A stretch of 64,000 nucleotides of DNA from Eledone cirrhosa (Eukaryota): NCBI GenBank assembly GCA_964016885.1, contig OZ024740.1, positions 270,940,001 through 271,004,000 on the forward strand. The letters are read 5' to 3'. Both the position numbers and the translations under genes were made by a program. The stretch's first letter is position 1. Every line of letters starts with the position of its first letter. Below the pieces are notes generated by a model, which did not search any database, was not told the origin of the DNA, and was given only the letters and a program-made list of their open reading frames with translations. Below, in pieces: positions 25,421 through 38,445 of this stretch.

Positions 25421-26139
25421 GATCTAATCCGCTATACGCCTTCCATGAATTTGGTATAAAAATCTTGATTATTAAAGTTGCTATTTTACACAACAACGCT
25501 TACTTAGCATTATCTATTAGTACATTAAACATTACTTTTAGTCCTCAAGCACGCTTTCCAGCGAGTACTGTCATAAGCAACCGTCTGCAATTGATCCAGC
25601 TAGATCCCCAAGCGAGACCAGCCGATATCATGGGTCTTCTCCCGGTTGGTTTTATATTATCATATTCAAAGTACGATCTAAATAGAAGCAGAGCAATAAA
25701 TTTCTCAAATATTGTGAGGAATGATACGGAAAACCTTTATAATATTTCTATTGTGATTTACATTAGAATACTTGAAAATCTTCATGACAACATCAATGAA
25801 CTTACAAAACCTCAAGTTACGATTATTTTAAGTATCTCTAAAATTCGTGAGATGTGTTAATTTCACGATTAGATATGGTATATGGTTTGATTAGCGTATT
25901 TAATGTTTCAGTATCTTTTATTGCTAGGTGTGTTTGATCGACAATAGATATCAACAATAGATATCGAAGAAGATTGCGGTTCGTATAATTTGACAAGAAC
26001 AAAGATAGAGTAGCGTAAATTCGCTGATGAAATCCGGATGTTTCAATTTCCAATTAATAACATTTCATCTTTCTATTTCCTCTTAGAAAAGGAAATGTAT
26101 TTTACCCACGTCTCACACACTCACACACACATACGTAGA

Positions 26140-28480
26140 CTGTAATAGGAAAATTCGAAGATAAGGAAACATCAGGAAGAGAATCGATTGTCGCCTACTG
26201 GTACAAAAAAATGTCATTCTACCGGATGTATCTTATCAAATTCTACCAGCAAGCTCTTAAGGGAGATGTACATATACCAGGATAGTTGATATTAGCTCAA
26301 ACAATATTGGTCCCTAAGAATAAAGACACCCACTTGACAAAAGCCTACCGACCCTTTGCATGCCAAAACCTAATGTATAAAATGTATACAGCCTGCCTGA
26401 ACCTATTTCTCCAAGATCACTGCGACAATAAATAACATCATCACAGATGAACAAGCAGCTGGAAAGAAAGGTGTTTGGGTGTGTGCTGAATAATCCTAAA
26501 AGAACCGCGATGTCAGAGGTGTGACAACATAGATGGAATATGATTACAGTCTGGCTGAACTACAGGAAAGCATTTGATTATGTTCCCCACTCTTGGGTGA
26601 TAGAGTCCCTCCGACTTGCTAAAGTCCCAGACACTATTATCAGAGCCATAGAGAACCTATCCTCTTCGGTTACTATCCTAAAGTGAAAAACAGAGAAGGG
26701 GAACTCTATTTTCACTGATAAAATAGAATATCACAGGGGTATATTTCAAGGATGACCTGAAACTCTATGCTAAGAACATAAATGTGATGAAGAAAAATCT
26801 AGATCTGGTTACATTCTCAATGGATATAGGAATGGAGTTTGGTCAGGATATATGTTCATACATGATTGTAAAACGGGGGAAAACTACAAGACAATCTTGC
26901 AAGATTTTTATCAATTGCCTAACTCTTTCACCGATACCTAACGAGGACTACTACAGATAACTAGGGATAGATGACAATATATCTTATGATTGTATGTATA
27001 ACAATTAACGCGTAATCAGGGAATTTACACCCGATTAAGAATAATAAAACAGTGGCTCACAATGTGTTTGCTAGGCCTGTCCTAACACCAACGTTTGGAA
27101 TATTTGATTGGACGATAGACGAAATCCGAGCAATTGATGTTAAAACCCGAACACTTCTAAGCAACACCGGAACTTTCGCATCAACAGTGACATAGACCGC
27201 CTCTACCTGAAACATAAGCAGGGAGGCAGAGGCCTAACAACAGTCCAGACAGCATTTGAGTGTCGCATCATATCCCTCCGATCACATCCACGAACCTCCA
27301 AGCGTAGAATCCTATCCATTGAGCAAGTCTCTCTGCATGATGCATGAGACAGACGAGATTATGAGAGTTGGGAAGGATCTCCTTGAAGGATACTCCCTGC
27401 AGGATAATCAAAACCTCAGACCCGAGGAAATTGCCCAGAAATCCAGAGGTCAAAAACTGCATGCCTATCAGCAAAACATCGTGCATGGATATGTTGCCAG
27501 GAGGCTCCAGTGAGAGAGTAATATAGATAAACAAAATAGTCTATCCTGGACCAACAACCGCTATACTGGTTTTCACTTTGAATGATACGCCTTTGCAATC
27601 CAAGAACAGGAAAGCAATACAAAATACCTGATTCACAAAAGAGATAGGGATGCAGGCAAAACACCTACGTGACAACAAATGCAGACCCTGCAGAATTAAC
27701 ATCGAAGATGTCACCCATGTCATGAGCAGCTGTCCAAATATATCATTGCGGTACTATATACCTATGAGGCATGATGTAGTGGCCAAAACACTATACAATG
27801 CAATCTGTAGATAAGATAGCCCCGATAATAAACACATTAAAAGCTACAGCAATGTGGAAGACATACATATACATAATATGAAAGATTACAGGTGGAATGT
27901 TCCAGTCAAAACCCCCAAAACTGCAGGCATAACAGACCAGATTTAGGACAGTGAAAAGAAGGCATACATAGGGGTAAAGGTTAGCTGTCCAGCAGATGCC
28001 AATATAATGTTAAAGAATAGCAAAAAGGAGAATATCTATGCAGAAATAATGAAACATCTGCAGATACTCCACCCTGATTATGCCTCCAGATTTATTCCTG
28101 TGATTATTGGGGCACAGGGATGTGTGTGTTAGTAACTGCCTCAGTACAAACATTGAGAGCTGAGCTTCACAGATCCAGAAAGAACACAACTAGTTAAGAA
28201 ATTACAAGTTCAATCCATTAATGGAACAGTAAAAATATTCCTAAATCCTGCAAGCAATAACTGCATGTACACATCTACAGATACAAAGCATATGCACGTG
28301 CACACATATAACTCAAAACATACAGATCCACACATATAATAATATCCATACCTGAACGCACACGCACGCATGCAGATATGCATATATCTACCTAGTTGAT
28401 GTCTAAATTCCAATGAAAGAGTCTTGTGTCTATGTTAGAAATCGACTCTCTATTATAAAATCATAAAACCAGAATAGACA
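26140..28480 (+). pseudogene. Decayed R4/Dong-clade LINE (RT, zinc knuckle, restriction-like endonuclease) with 3' UTR
   Basis: TILVPKNK...YRPFACQNLMYKMYT, WLNYRKAFDYVPHSW, RGIFQG, DDLKLYAK, LYLKHKQGGRGL, CRPC...HVMSSC, RHDVVA, HNRPD, VSCPAD...KENIY. Confidence 0.9.
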
Positions 28481-28499
28481 TATATAGATACATACATAC

Positions 28500-28945
28500 A
28501 TGAAAGATACAGGGGGCATATGCCGACCATTGATGAGGAGTTAGCAGATCCAGTATCCAATATACACCTTCAGCTTCATACACATTATTATTGGAGCTAT
28601 GTGTTATGTGCCAACCCACTTGGACCAAAGTACGACTGAACTTGGATTTGTTGACAAAGAGCACAGCTCCCTAATTCATGGACTACAAATGGCCACAATA
28701 TCTGGCATCTTCAAAATTTGCAAACATTCTTGCAATTCAAGGGATAACGATTTCTTTTCTATTACAACCTTGCCACCAGGAAGGTGGCTGGTCAAAAACG
28801 TACTCGAAATTAAGAGAAAGAGAATATACATACATAGATACATACATGCATACATACATACATACATACATACATACATACATACATACATACATACATA
28901 CATACATACATACATACATACATACATACATACATGCACACATAC
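28500..28945 (+). mobile_element. Second R4/Dong subfamily 3' end followed by (CATA)n
   Basis: YTFSFIHIIIGA...LQMATISGIFKICK; homologous to 30900-31260. Confidence 0.75.
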
Positions 28946-28959
28946 ATACATACGTACAT

Positions 28960-29270
28960 ATATAGGAAATTACAAGTCCAATACATTAATGGAACAGTAA
29001 AAATATGTAAAACATTCCAAAAATTCTGCATCTAATAACTGCATATACACTTGTACAGATACTAAGCATATGCACATGCACACATACAACTCAAAACATA
29101 CACATCCACACATACAATAACATCCATATCTACACATGCATGCATGCAGACATGCAGACATATCTACCTAGTTGATGTTGTGTAAATTCCAATGAGAGAG
29201 TCTTGTGTCTATGTTAGAAACCGACTCTCTCTATTGGTAAAAATTTGTGAAACATAAAACCAGAACATAC
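28960..29270 (+). mobile_element. R4/Dong 3' end fragment
   Basis: Repeat of 28198-28475. Confidence 0.75.
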
Positions 29271-29406
29271 AATTAAAATTACAACCTATTTTGATACTAT
29301 CAATATATTATATTAAGAAAAACAATATAAAAATCATGGAAGCTTAATTTCGTAATAATGCATCAATCAATAGGATGATTTCTAATTATTTCTGTTTACT
29401 ATATGC

Positions 29407-29612
29407 ATGGCTTAGTGGTTAGAGCATTGGGTTGTGAGTTCGATTCTCGGACTTGGCTTTGCGTTGTGTTCTTGAGCAAGAACATTTATTTCACGTTATA
29501 GTATCGGTCTTTGCCTTTCCCTTGGTCAACATCGGTGGCGTGGAGAGGGGAGACTGGTATGCATGGGCGACAATCCCATGTTCATTTGTGACCGAAGGGG
29601 TCTTTACCATTT
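29407..29612 (+). mobile_element. SINE family B-related copy
   Basis: tggcttagtggttagag...gagttcgattc...gtgttcttgagcaagaac. Confidence 0.7.
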
Positions 29613-29615
29613 ACC

Positions 29616-29659
<44 letters not shown>

Positions 29660-29681
29660 CTGTGTCTGTGTCTGTGTGTCT

Positions 29682-29798
<117 letters not shown>

Positions 29799-29804
29799 TG
29801 TGTG

Positions 29805-29953
29805 TGGTTCAGTTGGGGGTAACCACAGTAAGTAAGGTACTCAATACATACCAGAGTATAAATATTTAATATAGAAATGGCTTCTACAGGACTAGAACTG
29901 TTTCATTCGAATGAAACATTTCTAGTCCTGTAGAAGCCATTTCTATATTAAAT
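29805..29953. repeat. PLE pseudo-LTR fragment folded back inside HHR stem II
   Basis: Palindrome 29864-29953 centred on cattcgaatg; same family as 37494-37685. Confidence 0.75.
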
Positions 29954-29970
29954 GTATATATATAAATATG

Positions 29971-30055
<85 letters not shown>

Positions 30056-30071
30056 TAAAATAACAGATTAA

Positions 30072-30122
30072 AGTTTAAGCAAAGAATCGCTGCTTTCACC
30101 CTTAACGGGATCTTCTGAAACT
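30072..30122 (-). ncRNA. Hammerhead-like motif with CAGAAGA (U4A) core
   Basis: rc agttt CAGAAGA tcccgttaagggt GAAA gcagcgattctttg CTT aaact; stem I agttt/aaact. Confidence 0.6.
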
Positions 30123-30208
30123 AACAAAGTCAATCTGTAAACGCAGAACTGGATATTTCAAAAAACGTTGCAACCGGAGGAAGACAGGAAGACGATACTT
30201 TGGTTATA

Positions 30209-30263
<55 letters not shown>

Positions 30264-30289
30264 TGTGTGTGTGTGTGTATTGTAATTGG

Positions 30290-30518
30290 TATTCCATTCC
30301 GTCGGTTACGATGACTTCGATCAACGTAACAGCCTACACGTGAAATTAATGTGCAAGTGGCTGAGCATTCCACAACCACACGCACACTTAACGTAGTTCT
30401 CAGGAAGATTCAGCACAACACAAAATCTGACAAGGCTGGCCCTTAAATTACATATACAACTCATTTTTGCCAGCAGAGATGAAGAGAGCAACGTGAAATA
30501 GTGTCTTGTTCAAGGATA
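30290..30518 (-). mobile_element. SINE family B-related 3' part
   Basis: rc atccttgaacaagacactatttcacgttgctc, followed by a distinct tail. Confidence 0.6.
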
Positions 30519-30551
30519 CACACACACACACGCACACAGACGCACACACAC

Positions 30552-30597
<46 letters not shown>

Positions 30598-30899
30598 ACA
30601 CACTCACACATTTGGGTTTGTGTGGTGGTGGTAAGTATGTATAAATAAGACAGTTGGTTTCTCTATCCCGTAAACCTTCATTCATAACCAACGCTAAACC
30701 AACCCCCAACCTGCAATCCCGATTTTGTAAACCAGCCATGGACCATACCAGCCCCCACATGGAGAAGAAAGACGTGTGTGTGTGTGTCAGTGTGTCTGTC
30801 TTTCAGTGTGTCTGTGTGAATGTGTATGTGCATTCATGTATGTTCTTTTTGTTTTATAATTTTATAGATTTTTATCAATAGATAACGAGGGGGCAGCCA

Positions 30900-31452
30900 T
30901 CATCATGTATATATATTTGTTCTCTTTCTCTTAATTTCGAGTACGTTTTTGACCGGCCACCTTCCTGGCGGCAAGTTTGTAAAAGAGATTGTCATCCCTT
31001 CAATAGCAAGAATGTTTTGCAAATTTTGAAGAAGCCAGATATTGCGGCCATTTGTAGTCTATGAATTAGGGTGCTACGCTCTTTGTCAGCAAATCCAAGT
31101 TCAGTCATACTTTGGTCCAAGTGGGTTGGTATGTAACCCGTAGCTCCAATAATGATGGATATGAAGCTGAAGGTGTATCTGGGATACTGGATCTGCAAAC
31201 TCCTCATCAATGGTCCGTAGATGTCCCCCTTCTCTTGTTTTTTTTTTTTCATGTATGTATGAATGTATGTTTTTAACATAGATATATTGGGATTTAGACA
31301 ACATCAACTAGTTAGATATGTATGCATGTATGCATGCATGCATGTTTGTACAGGTATGGATGTTATTGTATGTGTGTATGTGTATGTTTTTAGTTATATG
31401 TGTGCATGTGCATACGCTTTATATCTGTATAAGTGTACATACAGTTATTAGA
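30900..31452 (-). mobile_element. Two R4/Dong 3' fragments
   Basis: ORF 30992-31279 KGDIYGPLMRSLQIQYPRYTFSFISIIIGATG...KICKTF plus UTR repeats. Confidence 0.75.
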
Positions 31453-32764
31453 TGACGTCATATTTGATTGTTGCAAATCATATATTGTTGTGTTAGTTGT
31501 TTTTTTTTAGTTTTTTTTTTTACGTATATAATTGTTTGTTATATGACTTTATTGTGCTGTATCAGATGAAAGAATGGTATTTAACTAATGTATTGTTGCG
31601 CGCATTACTACCAGCATGATAACTGCATGTTTGCAGTGTAAGGGTTATAAATGTGAAAACCATTAAAGATTCTTTCATATATATAATTAATTCTGTTTCT
31701 CATTGAATAATATATGCGATTAGAGTATGAACATTTTATTTTAGATACTCTCGGGTCCTGAATAATTAACCCCCACCCCCGTTTATTCCAACTCAGCACT
31801 CTATTATTTGGAACCCGAGAGTAGTAATATTACAGTATGAAACGAACGAAAACTTCCCTGGAGGGATTTAGGCTATATTCCTGTATTCCTGTCTTTGAAA
31901 GAACATTACACCACACTGAGTTCACATTATCTTCACTTTCACGATTAACGATAATATCTCCACATCCTTTCGGAAAGTTATATGTGGCATATATTCCACC
32001 AGTGGATGTATTGTTTATTTTCTATCTCAAATTCATGATTACATAAATCTAATTTGTAATAATGCCTATGTTCAAATTCTCATCCGCTAACTTATAATTT
32101 ATTTTCATGCTTATCGTTAATTCTAGTTGAAAATATCGAATTAAAACCTGGTATTCTTTAGAGAATTGCATTTAAAGAGTGGTAAGAGATTGATAATTTA
32201 CCTGCAATGTAAATGAAGGTGCGGGGAAGATTACAACATCAATTAAACATTTAGAGGGGAAAATAATGCAATAAGTAACGGGATCAACCAGGCATGATAG
32301 ATACGTGGATCGAGATCTATTAATAAAGAGATCGATTTCTCAAATTGCATAGTTAGTTTTTAATATGCTTTGTGTCATAGAGTTACGCCCCTTCCCGTTC
32401 TGAGTTCAAATCACGCCAAGGTTAGCTTTGCTTCTTATCCTTACGAGGTCGATAAAATGTAGTACAAGTCACGTACTGGTGTCAAGTTAATCAACTTTCC
32501 CCTCCTCCCAAATCTTTGGCCTTGCGTTTAAACAGAAACGATTATTTTTATAATTATTAAATTTCAATACTACACTGAAGACATAACACGAAGAAACAGA
32601 AGGACACGCGCTTCGTTGAGAGAACTCAACAGTTGAGTTTGCTCATCGAAACAAGTGTCCTTGTATTTGTCCGTGTTATGTCTTCGTTGTATTGAAGTTA
32701 ATAATATATTATATCTCGTCATGGATTGGGTGCTCTCTCTCTCTACACACACACACATATATAC

Positions 32765-32859
<95 letters not shown>

Positions 32860-32863
<4 letters not shown>

Positions 32864-33290
32864 AGGTCGCTCTCGAGTGCTACTGGTAACATGTAACCCA
32901 GTACAACTTGTTTCATGGTCGAATCATCGTAAACAGAAAAACCCCAGGAGGGTCGTATTTAGACACCTTGTGGCAGGAAATACCAGACCCAGCAAAGGGC
33001 GGAAGAACTCAGCAGTTTCAACGGCCATCCAAATAGTATATATATTTATTTATATACTGAGAGGTTAAACTCCGAGGCATAAAAAGCTGAGGTTTGTCGT
33101 TGTATTTTCCGTGGCAAACATTTGCACCGAAGTTATGTGTCGTCAGTTCCAAAAAGTGTGGTTGGTCCTATACAAGCGTTCACCATTTAAAACAAAACTT
33201 TGTGTGGGTAGTTCACTTTCTCACATCAACTTTTGTTGGACACTCATACGTCGTATATCGACGTGATATTCCATCATATATATATATAAC
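32860..33290 (+). mobile_element. Composite repeat (RTE-leader-like segment plus an unknown 250-bp segment)
   Basis: Inverted near-identical copy at 36040-36445 with the same internal junction. Confidence 0.6.
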
Positions 33291-33375
33291 AAAATTTAAT
33301 ATAGAAATGGTTTCTATAGAACTAGAACTGTGGTTACCCCCAATTGAACTCGGGACTCACATACACACATACACG

Positions 33376-33426
<51 letters not shown>

Positions 33427-33557
33427 TTGAGGGTTTTTTTACAAAATGAAAAATAACCGAGGTGTCCTACACGAGTGAAAGTATAAAGAAAAAGAGATTA
33501 AATCGAAAATGCAACTGGAGTCTTATTTTTTTTTAAAATATATATATTTATTTGGTT

Positions 33558-33595
33558 CCTTTACCGGTTTCGCAGTTCTTCTGCTTTTCAAAAGG
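33558..33595 (-). ncRNA. Minimal hammerhead ribozyme with U3-A8 core (mirror copy)
   Basis: Reverse complement of 33671-33708. Confidence 0.7.
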
Positions 33596-33670
33596 TGAGT
33601 TGAGATGGAGGGTCTGTGGTTTTTCTCACGTATGATGTGAGAAAAACCACAGACCCTCCATCTCAACTCA

Positions 33671-33708
33671 CCTTTTGAAAAGCAGAAGAACTGCGAAACC
33701 GGTAAAGG
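33671..33708 (+). ncRNA. Minimal hammerhead ribozyme with U3-A8 core
   Basis: cctt TTGAAAA gcag-aagaa-ctgc GAAAC cg GTA aagg. Confidence 0.75.
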
Positions 33709-33777
33709 AACCAAATAAATATATATATTTTTTTTAAAAATAAGACTCCAGTTGCATTTTCGATTTCATCTCTTTTT

Positions 33778-33812
<35 letters not shown>

Positions 33813-35149
33813 CCATCTCTCTATATATATATATATATATATTCATGCATCTCTCTCTCTCTCTTTCTCGCTCTCTTTCTCCCTCTCTCGCTCTCTCGTT
33901 CTCTATCTATTTAATCGCGCGCACATCATACCAACAGAAATATTTATTACACGAGTCTACAATTTTATGTGGTACTCTTTTGCGAAACTACAGCCGGTCT
34001 GGGAGCTGAGGAGATCAAAATATGTGTGTGCGTGTAACCTTATCTCGTTCTTTTTTCCTTTATTTCTTTTTCCTATCAGTTTTGCAGGCCAACACACTTC
34101 CATCCACTGATTGTGTGCATGCATTCGTGTAGGCTTGAGCGACCGTATCTGCGTGTGTGAAAATAGAGTCAGATACAGGACAATATAGAGATTGATAGAC
34201 AGAAAAAATAAGGCACAGTATAAAATTTAATATAGAATGTAATTTTCAACTATATTGTTGAAGGAATTAATATGAAATCTTTAAATACCTTACTGAATGT
34301 TTGAAAATGTAAATACCAAAAACATTTACTTATACCTTTTCATAAAACAAATGGCTAAAAATGCAAAGCAAATTATAACATAGGAAGTAATCACATTAAT
34401 TTTAGAATGCTGCATTTTTCATTTTTTTTTCATTTTCTTTTTCTTGTCTGATAGTCAAACAACTAGTTTTCAATGCTTGGAGTGTATGTCTATTGTGGTG
34501 GATGTATTTTGTAGTCGATATATTTCTTAAGCCACAGATTTCATGTCATTCGTATAAAATGGACAGATAATTACTATTGCGTATGTAGATCGGGATGAGT
34601 GTATTTGCGAGTGCATTGGCATCTATGCAAGGTGTATCAAAGTGGATCATCCGATTTTATTTACAATTTTTACAAATGCTCAATATACAAAAATGTATAA
34701 GAATTATAAAACAAGAATAATACTTTATATTCAGACATGTATTGTACGAATTACACCAGGATTATATGGTCATTTGTTTAAAAAATATAACCTTTGAAAT
34801 ATAGCCTTTTTGATATATCCTGTATGTTTGTTTTATATGAGAGTGTTAACAATGTTTCCTTTTTCTCATTTAAGATAACAAAAATATTGACAAAAGGAAT
34901 ACCTATGGATCTTTGAGAATAAATAAAGAAATTTGTCCCCATTTCTTAAAACAATCTGCGCTGCTAGTTCATATCTTCAACAAATAACGCCCACCAGATC
35001 TTATGCGTAAAGTAACGGTGGTCGGCAAATTCTAGTGATTGATTATATCTTTCAAATTACGAGTAGTTCGCTTTAACTGACACAACACTCATCCTGCAAA
35101 TGTCTACCTTTGCAACTATCAGAAAATTTCATGTTATTAGATAAATATA

Positions 35150-35480
35150 TTCTTATTCTTCTTCTTCTTCTTCTTCTTCTTCGTCCACTTATTCCCGGAA
35201 GGGGTATGGGGGCAAAATCTTCAAGCACGTCTTCCAGCGGATCCTGTAAGAAGTAACCGTCTCCATGTGATCTGGCTGGATCCCCGAGCGAGACCAGCCA
35301 AGCTCATGGATGCTATACAACCATTTTTCTCGGGTCTCTTCCTAGTAGGTTTTGTCTTTAAAATCTGCCCAGCGATTCTTTCCCGAGACATTCAAGCCAC
35401 GTGTCCATAGTATCGAAGCTGCGATCACTTAGTTCAAAGAAATGGTGGTTCAGCTTGGAGCGACTCTGATTTCCGAGCTA
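35150..35480 (-). mobile_element. RTE-type LINE 3' end with (GAA)n tail
   Basis: rc SQLRYYGHVA*MSRERIAGQIL...IHELGWSRSGIQPD. Confidence 0.7.
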
Positions 35481-35892
35481 CGCACTCTATCGAGTAACGT
35501 TACTCCAGAAACTTTTCGGATGAAGTCGATTTCGACCACTTGCATTCGTGATCGTATTATTTTTGTCATTACCCAAGGCGAGGGTTGGCACGATTACCGA
35601 ATTGAAGAATATCTTTCCGATATTATTTATATCTTTCCGTAAGGATGAATAGCAAAGCCGATCTCTTGGATGATGGATCAGTATCATATTGATCTTATAG
35701 CTCACTGATTAATTATTTAGCATAGCAGTTTAACGAAGCATGTGAAAGTGTCAAATTCCTGACTTTGATTTGATAATATATATGTTTCCCTCTCCATCTT
35801 TAAATTGGTTCCTTTAATCTAATATCAATTTACGTTGGAATTTTTAGAAATTAATTCACTTCTAATTTCATACATTGGTTTACGTCATTACG

Positions 35893-35933
35893 TAAACATT
35901 GAATCTAGGTGACGCATATATCAATGTTGTACA

Positions 35934-35980
<47 letters not shown>

Positions 35981-36036
35981 ATATATATATATTAACGTAC
36001 AACATTGATATATGCGTCACCTAGATTCAATGTTTA
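35893..36036. repeat. Inverted repeat (~48-bp arms) around a TA/TG microsatellite
   Basis: taaacattgaatctaggtgacgcatatatcaatgttgtac / gtacaacattgatatatgcgtcacctagattcaatgttta. Confidence 0.85.
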
Positions 36037-36039
36037 TAT

Positions 36040-36445
36040 ATATATGATAGACTCTCCCGTCGATATCCGATGTATAAGTGTCCAACAAAAGTTGATGTGA
36101 GAAAGTGAACCACCCACACAAAGTTTTGTTTTAAGTGGTGAACGCTTGTGTAGGACCAACCACACTTTTTGGAACTGACGACACATATCTTCGGTGCAAA
36201 TGTTTGCCACGGAAAATACAACGACAAACCTCAGCTTTTTATGCCTCGGAGTTTAACCTCTCAGTATATAAATAAATATATATGCTATTTGGATGGCCGT
36301 TGAAACTGCTGAGTTCTTCCGCCCTTTGCTGGGTCTTGTATTTCATCCCACAGGGTGTCCAAATATCACCCTCCTCACCAAGAAAGCTTGTTGGGGTTGC
36401 CGGTTTAGTCGCAGACGACCCGACCGTGAGACAGTTTGTACTTGG
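36040..36445 (-). mobile_element. Composite repeat, inverted copy of 32860-33290
   Basis: Duplicate ORF-track peptides MSLYFPWQTFAPK... on opposite strands. Confidence 0.6.
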
Positions 36446-36504
36446 TTTATTATACTATGATCATTTCAATGACCGGTCATTGAAATGATCATAGTATAAT
36501 AAAC
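36445..36504. repeat. Perfect 60-bp palindrome containing the 3' half of an HHR-like motif
   Basis: gtttattatactatgatcatttcaatgacc|ggtcattGAAAtgatcATAgtataataaac. Confidence 0.8.
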
Positions 36505-36569
36505 TTTTCAAGGATGTTCACCAGTCCAGCCTCCTGTTATTTTATTTATAATAATTATATATATATATA

Positions 36570-37404
36570 GGGCGTGTAAAATTCCCGAGATAAATAGACG
36601 AGTTCTCTCCAGCGGTCTTTGTCCCTCATCATTGCCGTCATGTGCTGCGTCTCCCAGAGACCAGTGTCTGTCCTTAGGACATCAATATATGTCATCCTCG
36701 GTCAGCCTCTTCTAGTGTGTCCGTGTAGAGGCTCCCACAGGACCACTGAGTGCAGTGTCAATTCTGAATGTCGGTGAGCATGCCCAGCTAACCTCAGTCT
36801 CTTCTATTACTTTCTTGCTGACTTTTGGGAGACTCCCGTACAGTTCTGAGACTATTGTATGCTCCTTGCACTGGAGAAACACCAGGACTCTGGCTTTACG
36901 TTAGCACTGGCTCAGAGCAGGAGACTAAAAAGACATCAGATGCTGAATTTGCTGACGACATAGTTCTGGTGACAAGCACAGTGAAGGAGGCAAATGAGTT
37001 GATTCGAGAGGTGGAGACTGCGTCGATAAATGTGAGGCTGAGAATGAATGAGTTTAAGGCAAAGTTTCTGGTAGGGAACATTAAGAAGCCAGAGAAGATT
37101 ATGAATGTAAACGGGAAGCCGCTAGAGTTGGTTGAGAACTTCCTGTATCTGGGAACAAAGATTGGAAACACTGAAGCTGATGTAGTGGAGAGGAAGGGCT
37201 AAGTCTGGGCGGCGTGTCACAGTTTGAGGTCGGTGTGGAAGTCAGACCCTTCGTAAACACCTGAACATCCGTCTCTTTCTTCGTCGCTACAGTGGAGTCT
37301 GTGCTGCTGTACGGGTCTGAGACTTGGACACTGACCATGAAACTCATTCAGATGGCGTATGGGTGCTACACGAGGATGCTGAGGATGGCTCTGAACATTG
37401 ATCA

Positions 37405-37407
<3 letters not shown>
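36570..37407. mobile_element. RTE-type LINE RT fragment with inversion (3' end on minus, RT on plus)
   Basis: EFADDIVLV, LELVENFLYLGTKI, VESVLLYGSETWTLT, GCYTRMLRMALNI; relative at 60575-60945. Confidence 0.8.
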
Positions 37408-37493
<86 letters not shown>

Positions 37494-37496
<3 letters not shown>

Positions 37497-37685
37497 TTAA
37501 TATAGAAATGGCTTCTACAGGACTAGAACTGTTTCATTCGGGAGAAATCATCATAGCTTCCTGATGATTTCGCCCGAATGAAACAGTTCTAGTCCTGTAG
37601 AAGCCATTTCTATATTAAATATTTATATTCTGCTATATATTCAGTACTTTACTTACTGTGGTTACCCCCGATTGAACCCGGGTTA
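37494..37685 (+). mobile_element. Fold-back PLE pseudo-LTR fragment inside (TA)n
   Basis: Inverted arms 37494-37622 turning just 5' of CTGATGA. Confidence 0.8.
37556..37604 (+). ncRNA. Type I hammerhead ribozyme
   Basis: gcttc CTGATGA tttcgcccgaat GAAACag ttctagtc ctGTA gaagc; stem I gcttc/gaagc, stem III acag/ctgt. Confidence 0.75.
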
Positions 37686-37707
37686 AACTTATATATATAT
37701 ATATATA

Positions 37708-38018
37708 TATAAATTAATATTTGATGAACATTTACATGTTTTAGTTGTAATTGACTAATAAGATCGCTAGAGTGAAAAATCTTAATTCAACAACATAAGG
37801 TCTGCCTGTACGATCTAGAAAATAATAAATCAATACTCACAGACTCATATGGGCAAAAAGCCAGGCTTTTTGCCCATATGAGTCTGTGAGTATTGATTTA
37901 TTATTTTCTAGATCGTACAGGCAGACCTTATGTTGTTGAATTAAGATTTTTCACTCTAGCGATCTTATTAGTCAATTACAACTAAAACATATAAATGTTC
38001 ATCAAATATTAATTTATA
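37708..38018. repeat. 311-bp near-perfect palindrome, TA-flanked
   Basis: Centre at 37863 (aaaagcc-a-ggcttt); one mismatch seen. Confidence 0.9.
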
Positions 38019-38083
38019 CTGCTCAGAAACGATTCCTAGAGCTGAAATGATTGTAAATGACCTCTTTGAGTCTAAACTCTAAG

Positions 38084-38127
<44 letters not shown>

Positions 38128-38280
38128 TTAGATATATAGATATATACATCCTCAGTTTATCACATCATACTGTTATGCATATTTTAAAGACATAAGACTC
38201 GTTGAGTAACAATTATTTGTGCATAAGATAATAATGTAATAAACGGACGATGTATACGTGATACCGTCTCTTTTATTTAT

Positions 38281-38445
38281 AATGTTGTTTCTACTTTTGG
38301 CTCAAGGCCAGCAATTATCAGTGCATTACTGGTACTTTATTTTATCGACCCCGTAAGTATGAAAGGCAAAGTTAACCTCGGCGGGATTTGAACTCAGATC
38401 ATAAAGAGCGTCCGACCCTCTACCGATACTGCCAATCCGCCGCCC
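38281..38445 (-). mobile_element. SINE family A copy
   Basis: Core and head, with an internal deletion. Confidence 0.85.

Larger units (their letters stand above)
33482..33784. repeat. ~150-bp-arm fold-back palindrome carrying an HHR on each strand
   Basis: Arms are near-perfect reverse complements around 33633; next to (TA)n. Confidence 0.9.

Noticed and set aside
25351-25860. 169-aa ORF
   Set aside because: Starts in antisense RTE tail fragments with a TTG start; no recognisable domain
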